From the NCBI RefSeq assembly GCF_006345805.1, contig NC_043001.1:21142001-21206000 (forward strand): a DNA stretch of 64,000 nt. Reading direction: 5' to 3'. The stretch is from Octopus sinensis. Its lineage: Eukaryota. A program made the translations under genes and the position numbers. Under the pieces are notes generated by a model. That model did no database searches. It saw only the letters and a program-made list of their open reading frames with translations, and was not told where the DNA came from. Below, in pieces: positions 38,871-49,444 of the stretch. Each line of letters opens with the position of its first letter. Positions within the stretch are counted from its first letter, which is position 1.

Positions 38871-40895
38871 AAAGGTTGTATGCAAAGATTTTAGCTATGA
38901 CTATTGTTCTAATAGCCATTTATATATCATACTGTCCAACCCATGCTAGCATGGAAAACGGATGTTAAACGATGATGACTTAATGTATATACACCATTAA
39001 CTGCTGTATTTGTCCTGAAATAAAGGGCATGCTTTGTTAAAAACAAATATCAGAAAGAGACGAAGGATCACCCCAGTATGTGGCTGCTTGCAAGTACTTA
39101 TTCAAATGGCTGAAATACATCTAACATTCTCACTGCTGCTGGAATGACTTTTTTTCGTCTCCTTCCAATCTGTGTGTTTTCAACAGTACATCTATGAGAG
39201 AAGTTATCTCGGGACAAATGCCACAGTAACTGGCCTATCAACAATGTATATACATTAAATATGACACAGAGCTATTTCGATTTAATACTGTCTCAATTGT
39301 GTATACCAGATTGAGACACTGATTGACTCTACAACTGATGATGGGGAGTCAAGGAAGGATGAAGCTGCTATGAGTGAAGAGAAGGGTGTCATGAAGCGGT
39401 GGGAGGTTAATATATAAAGTAGAAACTATCCTTGTCCCACTATCATACTCTAACTTCTCACCTGGTACACAAACACTTCCCTCAGTTCCATTCTCTCTCT
39501 CAACTAAGGGAGTTACTTGGTGACCCTGCTGGTGCTGGTACCATGTAAAAAGCACCCAGTACATTCTGTAAAATGGTTGGTGTTAGAGAGGGCATTCAGC
39601 TATAGAAACCATTTCAAAACAAACAATTGGAGTCTGGTGCAGTTCTCTGGCTTGCCAGCTTCTATCAAACTGTCCAACCCATGCCAGCAAGGAAAATAGA
39701 TGTTAAATGATGATAGGAAAATTTGATACTTGTCAGAGAGACAATTTAAAAACAGCACATGCTTGGTTGGTACACAATAGAATTTAAGGAAACATTTGGT
39801 TCCTGCATACATTAGAACAGTTTATGAAAATCAATTAAGCTGCAGTTTCCCATGTGACTAGTGGTACAATTCCCATTTAGACAAGTGAAAATCATTTAAT
39901 TATACAAATAATGGCTTCTAATTTAATGAAAATGAAAATGCTGATAGGCGTAGGAGTGGCTGTGTGGTAAGTAGCTTACTTACGAACCACATGGTTCCGG
40001 GTTCAGTCCCAGTGCGTAGCACCTTGGGCAAGTTCTTCTACTATAGCCTTGCGAGTGGATTTGGTAGATGGAAACTGAAAGAAACCCATTGTATATATGT
40101 TTGTCCTTCTCAACATCGCTTGACAACTGATGCTGGTGTGTTTACATCCCCGTAACTTAGCAGTTCGGTAAAAAGAGACCAATCGAATAAGCACTAGGCT
40201 TACAAAGAATAAGTCTTGGGATCGATCTGCTTGACTAAAGGCGGTGCTCCAGAGTGGCCAGTCACATGACTGAAACAAGCAAGAGAGTAAAGACTATGTT
40301 GACCTAGTAAGAGCTTTGACCAACTGACTGATCTAACCAATTCTCTATCATCCAGGGGCAAGAGATCAGAGCTCTTACTCTGCTGACATCAGCATTTTCT
40401 TTTCTTTTTTTTTTTTTTTGTTTGTTTGTCCCCATTCGCTCCAAGTCATGGTACAAGGCCATCAATTTTGAGATGGTGTTTGTTGATAGGCTGGTACTTT
40501 ATTTTATCAATCTTGAAAAGATGAAAGGCAAAGTTGACTTTGGTAAGATTTGAACCGAGAATGTAAAGAGCCAGAAAAAATATTGCAAAGCGATCTTGAG
40601 ACATTCTAATGATTCTGCCAGCTTGCCATACAATTACTCTTTACTACATGCACACTAGATTGTATGTATGTTGAATCCTTCCCAGAACATGATCCCTCAG
40701 TATTTTCCTTGCCCCAAGAACATCCAAGACCAAATTGTTCAAAGTTCAGAATAGCCACAACTGGAACACCTTTGATCTTAGAGGTCTGCTTGGTTAGCGT
40801 TGACCTTAACAAAAAAACTAAAATCTATAACTCATTATCACTGTCGTACAACATCCATTGTTCCCTCATTCCGAAAACAGATTTTGCAACAAGAC

Positions 40896-41534
40896 CAGTG
40901 GTTCTCAGTCATCTTTTGCCTATGGACCCCTTTAATTTCTATTTTACTATTCAGGAACCCCACAGCTTCTCGATATTTAATAAAATCTATTATCATCATC
41001 GTTTAACATTCGCTTTCCATGCTAGCATGGGTTGGACGATTTGACTGAGGACTGGTGAACCAGGTGGCTGCACCAGGCTCCAATCTGATCTAGCAGAGTT
41101 TCTACAGCTGGATGCCCTTCCTAATACCAACCATTCCAAGAGTGTAGTGGGTGCTTTTAAATTTCACAGGCACGAGGGCCAGTCAGGTGGTACTGGCAAC
41201 GGCCATGCTCAAATGGTATTTTTTACGTGCGGCACTGGCAACGACCTCGCTTGAATGTTTTTTCAAGTGCCAGATATCCGCTCTGGCAATGATCACGCTC
41301 GAATGGTGCTTTTTACATGCCACCGGCACGGAAGCCAGTTAGCTGCTCTGGCAATGATCCGGCTCAGATGGTGCTCTTAGCGCTCCACTAGCACGGATAC
41401 CAGTCATCAAATTTGATAATTAAATATTAAGAGTTGTAAAAAAAAAAAAAAAAAACTTATGTATTGTAGAAGTATTATCAATTTATTACACGTAAATTTT
41501 AACAAAATCTATGAACCTTTGTTGAGAACCACTG
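40896..41534. mobile_element. hAT (Charlie-like) MITE with a SINE D inserted
   Basis: TIRs CAGTGGTTCTCA / TGAGAACCACTG; 8-bp TSD AACAAGAC/AACTAGAC (7 of 8). Confidence 0.75.
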
Positions 41535-42130
41535 AACTAGACAAAAGAAAATGTAATAAATAAATAAAGATTGTGTAGATTAGAATTTTTTTTGTCTTTA
41601 TTTTGGCAATTTTTAAATATTTACATTTCAACACGATTTCTCTTAATAGAGAAGTAATGATTTTATTACTACCCACAAGGGGCGATTAATAGAGAAGTAA
41701 TGATTTGTGTTACATAGCATATCCCGTTTTTTTTTAAATGAATATTTACAAAAATAATTGCAGTTCCATTAATTTTTGAAAGAACATTCTCTTATAACGT
41801 TCTTAACGATACACCAGGTTCTTTGAATGAATGAAAATCACATTTAAAAAAATGTTGCTTTGGCGCTAAGAAAATTTGCCCAATTTGTAGAAAGTATAGG
41901 AAAATATTTTTCTGTCATTGCATCCCACTTCATACATTTTTTTCTATAGCTAAATTCTGACAAACATTCAATGCAAATATTGCAAAAAGTGAGACGATAT
42001 GAAATACAAGTGCGATCCATATTTTTGTAAATTTATAAATCTCCGACTCGTCCTGGATTTCAATAGTCATTAAGGTATAATAACCCAAGGTTAAACATAT
42101 TTAAAACTCGTATCGTTAATGAATAAAAAT

Positions 42131-45100
42131 TTACAAAATGTTTTCGTCTAACATTGACTGAAGTTGGTCTGGAACAGGAGAACCTTTTTGGACAAATAAA
42201 CTTCTACATAATTTAAGTTCTTGGACAAGGGTTTTGATTTTTTCTTCTAGCTGTTTGTTTTCTTCTTTGAGTTGAGACACACGATTCTGTGTAACAGCTC
42301 TCTTCGATTTAGCTTTGATTCTGCTTTTACGGACAGCAATGTTGTTACGTTCGCGTTTATTTCTGTAGTCTTTGTCACTGACCACTGTATTAGCTACTGT
42401 CAAATCGGGCGGTGAAGTTTCCAAACAAAGTTCTGAATTATATAAATCCGATTCTTTTATTGTTGACAAATTTTCTGAAAAGAAAGGAAGAAAAATTTCA
42501 GTTTGAAAAATAAAAAAAAAACATTTGTCCACTCTTTATACTTTTTGAATATGTTTCAAATGTCATCTCATTTAGATCTGGCATAAGTTTTCTCAACGAA
42601 ATAAGAAACTTTCGTTTTTACACCAAATGGTTTCAAAATCATTGCTGATATAAAATGAATTTTAACTAATGAGGAGCAATTATAGGTAAATTTATAATTG
42701 TAAGAACCTAGGGATTTTAATAGAATCAAGCTTTTTCGAGTTTTATCAGATCTTCAAACAAAATACATAGTTTGACTGGATTGATTAATTCATTGAAAAA
42801 GAAAACTTTAATAATTTACATGTAACAAAGCTCGAAAGATCGCCCAAAAGATTATATTAATTTATATATCTATGTATATAGTCCTATATCGAGCTGTATT
42901 TTAAATGAGTATATATTCCAAAAACGATGTTAATTTTTTAAAAAAATAATAGATCGCAATTTAAAAATAATAATCTAAATGAAATTTAATATTTTGTTTC
43001 TTCTAGACTTTGGAGAAACATCTTTCCACTTTAAACTGATATCGATTACGGGGGCATGGGGTGCCGCAGAAATAAGTTGTAAAAAATAAGCCGCATGTTG
43101 AAAACTTTCAGCGAATTGCATCATTTAAAAATGAAGGGCGGAGGAACAAAGTGTGAAAATGACAACAATTTTCCAGCTTTGTATAATGTTGGAGGGACAG
43201 TGTTAACAGCCAGGATATAGTGGAATACCCTTTTTTAAAAAACTTTACACTTGTAAAATAAATAAATGCTTTCTTACGGGTCCTAGACTGAAAAGAGTGA
43301 ATGCGCGCTCGCACACCGTCACTACCACCTCACATATACAATAAATACACGCGTATTTAATTTGGTGAATTTTCTTATCAAAATCTGAGAATTGTTAAGT
43401 ATTTATTTAACGGGTGTAGATTGAGATCAACAGAGGTATTTTACGAACTGGTTCTACACATGTTGTCAACGATATTTTTTCTATCAACCACATAAAAAAT
43501 CGGTCCAGTGACAGTTGTGTTTGTTAAGAAGTAGACCAAATGTCAATAACTCGGATTTGAAAATTAAAATAAAGGGAACAATATATAAATCGAATATATG
43601 AATATCAGACCATCTTCAAATTAAATAATAATCTTAATTTAGTAGCTGTTAATTTCATTTATATAATTATTTCCAAGGGTATAACGAAAGATAAATATGT
43701 CGATTTGGGGCCTGCGCATCTGCATTGGCCCCGCCAATAAGCAAAACACATTGTACCCTGGGCATGTTGAGACATGAATCGCGACGAAAGGGCGGGGTAG
43801 CGCATAGCGCCTTTCATATAGTAGTCGTAAATTTTAAAAGTTTCTGATTCCATATATATATGGTTTGATGTGTGTATGTGCAATGTCCTAATTTATTATT
43901 TGTATTTTGTTGTGGGAAAATTGGTGTCCAGGTCAGACTGACGTAATCCCCAATACATGTTGCATTGTGAATAATATATCGGTGTTTGTACGTAATTCCT
44001 TGTCTGTTTGTGTTTAGCAAAGTGCTTCATTAGTTTAACAATAATTATAAAACTACTCGAAAACGCAATTTATAAAAGTAAATAAATAACAGTAAAAAAT
44101 GAGTTAAAAAGAAAAGTGTAAATAAAAAAAAATCTATAGAAAGGTATATATACAGGGTGTCCCCAAAAAATGTATACACACCTTAAATAATTGTAAATTT
44201 GTTATTCTTTGTAAGCCTAGTACTTATTCTATCGTTCTCCTTTGCCGAACCACTATGTGTATACATTTTTTTGGGACACCCTGTATATATTCGGGCAACC
44301 CATCGTTTTTAGTCCGATTGCCACTGGCAATATCAAACACTCTTAACATTGTAATCGCGAGGCTGGAGCGCTGGAAAAGCCAAGTGCCTTCATCTGATGT
44401 TTTAGTGGAGTCAAGTTTAATAAAAACAATCGTTGTATATGAAACATTACTTGCGAGAGTAACTGATCACAACAAATAACAACCTGATATGACAGTCTCT
44501 AAGTGGTGGCCAAATCTGTTACAGGGAGTAAACCAAACCTCCTTTATATCACATCCTACGGTCAGAAATAAGGAAAGGACGCATTAGATGATAATAGTCC
44601 GGCAATGTTTCGTTTGTCGCCAATAGTCCAATATTCCCCTGAGAAAATAGGATGATCAGGACTGGACTGCCTTAAACCATAGGCGTACTTCAGATCAAGG
44701 TTGACCTAGGGTTAAACAGAACTATCAAACGAGTAAACAGTGGAGTATTAAATAGTAATGTATTATAATAATATATTAAATTATCGTCTAAGTTCGTCTT
44801 ATATCAAAATGATTCAGGTCTAAAAAAAAAAAGTCATATCAATGCAATGTATCAAAGATAAAATACCTGGATCATTCTAGCCAAAATAGAAACAAGGTGA
44901 ATGATATTGATAAGATCGACGTTCAATTTGGATTAAAGCTGCGTGTAAAAATTTTTTTTAAAACTCACCTTCATAGAAAGTAGCGGTATTCATTGTTGTA
45001 TCGCCAATGTTTGGGATAGAAACGTAATTCAAATCTAACTTTTGATCCATAGAGGACTGGATATTTCCGCTCTCTTCGCCTGAATTTATGGAATTGAGAA

Positions 45101-45239
45101 ACTCTGATACCTGTGAAAAGCTTCCAGGATTTGAAAGCAAATCAAGATTAAACGATGGTTCTCGGGCACCCAACGAATAAATCAAACCGTCTTGATCGCT
45201 GTCAGACAATTCATCAGAGTTCATAGCGAAGTGCGCCAT
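42131..45239 (-). CDS. CEBPG: C/EBP-family bZIP transcription factor (C/EBP-gamma-like), 2 coding exons, 204 aa
   Basis: Exon 1 45239-44969 (MAHFAMNSDEL...TFYE, donor G|GTGAG, phase 1) joins exon 2 42474-42131 (acceptor TTTCAG|AA, phase 1). The bZIP DYRNKRERNNIAVRKSRIKAK...TQNRVSQLKEENKQLEEKIKTLVQELKLCRSLF matches C/EBP; the QLKEEN..LE.KIK.L..EL..L.LF zipper is C/EBP-gamma-like. Orthology is by eye only. Confidence 0.8.
43040..43830. promoter_or_regulatory. Promoter-like CpG/GC-box/CCAAT cluster inside the C/EBP gene intron
   Basis: TGCGCA at 43713-18, ATTGG at 43724-28, CCCCGCC, CCAAT at 43734-38, GGGCGGGG at 43790-97, GGGCGG near 43136 and ATTGCATCA at 43115-23, in an otherwise very AT-rich intron. 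Confidence 0.5.
44153..44283. mobile_element. Tc1/mariner-type MITE
   Basis: TA|CAGGGTGTCCCCAAAAAATGTATACAC...GTGTATACATTTTTTTGGGACACCCTG|TA, about 27-bp TIRs; carries a small fragment of SINE A. Confidence 0.8.
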
Positions 45240-48200
45240 AGTTTGCGTAAACTTGGAGGAAAATACACACAGGTCAATATCAGTAACGCGGGAGCCGTGA
45301 ATGAACAACCACACTTGACAAATGCCAAGAGGCGAATAACGTTCTCTCTCCTATCAGTAAAATAGAACACCCAGTGCGTATCAGTACGCAGTGCCGCGTC
45401 ACATTAAAATAGAATAGATATGCTTCACAGTATTTATTTACTCACGTTGAATTTGAAAATATAATATAAGCATTAAAGATTAAACTTTTGTTTACAAATA
45501 AATTGTAAATGAAATAAAGATAGTAAAATTTATAACGAACTATTTTTTAATGCGTATGTATTAGAAATCCCAACGTCTAAAAATAGTAATTACGCAATAT
45601 CCAATTCACTAAGAGGCGACCTAATTTTATTTTTACTTTGCTGGTATTTCCAGTAATTTTTTGAGTATATAAATGGAATGTAAATAAACTCGGTTATTTT
45701 ATCGAATCCACAAGGACGAACGGTTGAGTTGATCTTCACGGTATTTAAAGGAACTCTGAATAAATACTACAAAATATTTCTTACTGCCCCTATCCAATAA
45801 AATCAGAGGCAGTTAGTGGATGAAATCTTGGTTATCTCTTGTAGAGAACACATTTCTGATATTCAGTTCTTTATGCTTTCTGTTGATCAACATCTTTTGA
45901 ATTTGTAGGCCCCTTCTTTTCCTTCTATGTAATCTCTTACAATAACGTCAAGTCTTATTTGGGGCCAAATCGTTAAAAAAAGTTAAGAATTCTATAATTT
46001 TCTGTCACTTTCATTTATTCTAATTTTCACTTTGTTATCCGTTCTTTTATGTACGTGAAACGAAAGATAGCTTCATCGACGTGAAACGAAAGATAGCTTC
46101 ATCTTTTAAGGAGTATTTTCCCATTTTTAATAGATTGAAATAGAAAAAAAAAAAAGAAGTTATTTTGTATTTCGTTTGACTACTGAAAAGGTTGCAAGAC
46201 GCAACGAAAATTTTAGGAAAATAAAAATAAGAAATAAGCGGAAATTTTACTGGTGAGTGTGTTATATTATAAGGCACAAAAAGAAAATGACTCTCCCAAG
46301 GCACAACAGTTATTTTGTAAATCTCCTCGAAACTATTTCTTAAACTATTGCAGCGTGGAAGAACATATTAACTTGACTTAAACATTCGTTATTTGTTATT
46401 GCAACGTAACAAATGATAAATTTTAAAGTAAAGTTAACAATATTTGTGTGTTTGGAATTGTGTCTTCCACCTTGCAATCGTTTTAGTTTCAACACACGGT
46501 CTCAGATCAAATCACTTGCCGGGTAAGAACACCTCTAGAATTTCTTAATCATCCTGTTACATACACAGAAAGGTTATCGGTCAAAAAACAGTCGAGATTC
46601 AATAAATTTTAGTTCTAGTCCCCCTCTCTCTCTCTCATTCTTTACCACTATTATCAGTGGTGGTTCATCTGGACAGTAATGTCCCCTCAGGAACATTGGA
46701 GGCTAGCAAGTGGATGTTGGTGTTTAGAATAGTCGTAAATTTTTTCTTAGAAGGGACATTGTATTTTTTAAGCGCAGAAACATGATTAATGAGGCACCAA
46801 AGTGCACTACAATTTCGTTATATACGTACTCGCCTTCTTTATTAATTTTCATAAAAATTTAACACAAGAAGCCCTAGTTCACGCAATCCTTTCCATATAC
46901 TTAAAAAAGTGAAAGCGCGTGGCTTAGTGGTTGGGTATTCGGCTCAGGATCGTGAGTTCAATTCCCGGCGACGCGTTGTGTCCTTGAGCAAGACACTTTA
47001 TTTCACGTTGCTCCAGTTCACTTAGCTACATTAAAAGGTATACGTGTCTGCGGAGTGCTCAGCTACATGCACATTAATTTCGCAAGCAGGTTGGTCTTTT
47101 GATCGGATCAATTAGAATACTCGTCGTCGTAACCGATGGAATGCCATATTTAAAAAAAAACAGAGGCACATGCTGGATGAGCTAAAAGAGAAAATAAACC
47201 ACCGCACTACATTAGCTTCTGTTTAAAATATTCAGTTGGGATTTTATGTTTTCGTTTTTGCAAAAATACAAGGAAGGGACGTTTGTAAAACACCATTCTG
47301 TGAAAGTGAGCACTGAGATACAAAAAGATTGAGGATTATTAATTAATTTAGATAATGACTTTTCCTCATTAGTAGGGGTATAGGCGCAGGAGTGGCTGTG
47401 TGGTAAGTAGCTTGCTAACCAACCACATGGTTCCGGGTTCAGTCCCACCTTGGGCAAGTGTCTTCTGCTATAGCTCCGGGCCGACCAATGCCTTGTGAGT
47501 GGATTTGGTAGACGGAAACTGAAAGAAGCCTGTCGTATATATGTATATATATGTGTGTTTGTCCCCCTAGCATTGCTTGACGACCGATGCTGGTGTGTTT
47601 ACGTCCCCGTCACTTAGCAGTTCGGCAAAAGAGACCGATAGAATAAGTACTGGGCTTACAAAGAATAAGTCCCGGTGCCGATTTGCTCGACTAACGGCGG
47701 TGCTCCAGCATGGCCGCAGTCAAATGACTGAAACAAGTAAAAAAAAAAAAAATAGTATAATTGCTTCAAATCTCTGCATTTGCTGCATCAGCTGTGTTGG
47801 TGTATACTTTAGTATTGATTTTCATATAGCAGACGTCCCTAGGTATTTTCATACAGGTGTCTCTAGATATTTTCGCCAAGCATTCTGTTGAATTTTCACG
47901 TTATTCAACACTCATTCATGAAAAACCTATACACATTCACACACGATGGCTGTCTACTAGCATCTAGGAAGATTATCACTAACCCTACGTGCTGGTCAAT
48001 AGCATCCAGCCTATCAGATTTACATGCATCACCAACTAACAATCACCATATGGCTTCAAAAAAAAAAAAAATTTAAACAGAAGAAAAGAAAAAAAATAGC
48101 TATACTCGTAGAATTTTAGGTTCAACAAGGTTTGCTCAAACCTCTTAGACACTCTCTACTTTGTTGGTGGAGAAAGTCTAAGCTCCAGATACAAGCCAAG

Positions 48201-48589
48201 GCAAAAGGCTGTAGGCTTAGGATCTTCAACTGGTGTTGAAGATCTCCCAAATGACCGAGACAGTTAGTAATATATCAGGTTCATCTCAGAATTTCTCCAA
48301 GAACCATACTAAACAAAAGCGAAAAGGTGCCTCATTTCCAATGGTCCTTACAGTGCGTCTGGTGCCAATTGTCTAAGTGCGAAGTATATTCCATAAAATG
48401 GTGCACAAAATCAATATTTGTTTCGTTTTTTCCCTTATCTTTATTTTATTTGTTTTTGTTTTGACTTATCTCAACTTGTATGAGTATCTGTGTATGTATC
48501 TGTAGAATACGTGTGTGTTTGTAAACCCTCTCCTAGCACCAAGAGAAACCAAACTTATATCGGTTTCAAATTTTGGTTCAATGGGTTAA

Positions 48590-48930
48590 GTCGATTAAAT
48601 CGTTCCGAGTGTTGAACTGGTTCTTATGTTATCGACCTCGAAAAGATGAAAGTTAAAGTTGACTCCGGCAGAATTTGAACCCAGAACGTAAAGACGGATG
48701 AAATACCTATTTCTTTACTAGCCACAAGGAGCTAAACACAGAGACGACAAACAAACTGATTAAGTCGATTGCATCGACCCCAGTGCATAACTGGTACTTA
48801 ATTTATCGACCCCGAAAGGATGAAAGGCAAAGTCGACCTCGGCGGAATTTGAACTCAGAACGTAACGGCAGACGAAATACGGCAACGCATTTCGCCCGGC
48901 ATGCTAACGTTTCTGCCAGCTCCCCGCTTT
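48590..48930 (-). mobile_element. SINE family E (GGCGGCGAGCTGGCAGAA head, CORE-like body); others approx. 1905-2075(+), 4325-4630(-), 8808-9035(-), 13965-14180(+), 14185-14325(-), 25960-26330(-), 30755-30957(-), 40485-40630(-), 63972-64000(+, truncated by window edge)
   Basis: Consensus GTTCTGAGTTCAAATTCCGCCGAGGTCGACTTTGCCTTTCATCCTTTCGGGGTCGATAAATTAAGTACCAGTT..CACTGGGGTCGAT recurs in all copies. Confidence 0.85.
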
Positions 48931-49066
48931 AGACAAAACTTATAGTAAAAGAAATCTTAGCGCAGTGTGAAAATTGCTTTTAAAGCAAGAAACTTAGTCC
49001 CAAATCAAAGACTTTTTAGGCAAAATCTCTGACCACTGAGAAAACAGTCACGATATATATATATAT

Positions 49067-49444
49067 ACTAGCAGTATCGCCCGGCGTTGCTCGGATTTGT
49101 AAGGGAAATAACTATATAAGCATTTTTAGAGAGTTATAGCCAAAAGATAGCAAAAAAATGCATTAAAAATGGAAAAAAAAATGATGGTAAATTTTTTTTT
49201 AATCGTTGACATTTTTAGAGAGTTACTTCCCTTATATAATAGCGAAAAAATGCATTAAAATGGAAAAAAATGATGGTAAATTTTTTTTTAAATCGTAGAC
49301 GCGCGCTAATACCCAGAAGGGCTCGATATGAATCAAGACTATAAGATACCCGGTTTTGGTTAAACTGCACCGCAAAATGTGGGAGTAGTTAGGAATCTAA
49401 TTCGTAGGAGACAGACACACAACTTCACTTTTATATATAAAGAT
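49067..49444 (+). mobile_element. Helitron/HINE-like non-autonomous element H1; second copy at 35017-35326
   Basis: Both copies start ACTAGCAGTATC(G/A)CCCGGCGTTGCTCGG and end CACAACTTC..TTTTATATATAAAGAT. No TIR or TSD. The 49 kb copy has an internal duplication. Helitron assignment is by resemblance of the termini. Confidence 0.6.

Noticed and set aside
45240-45314. N-terminal extension of the C/EBP ORF and C/EBP-beta-style uORF
   Set aside because: The ORF-track start at 45314 is GTG, and there is no ATG on the minus strand between 45240 and 45400.
46915-46985. tRNA genes at the GGCGCGTGGCTTAGTGG / GGCGCAATGGCCCAGTGG / GGCGCAGGAGTGG heads
   Set aside because: All continue into SINE bodies, and I could not fold a complete acceptor stem and cloverleaf; they are tRNA-derived SINE heads.
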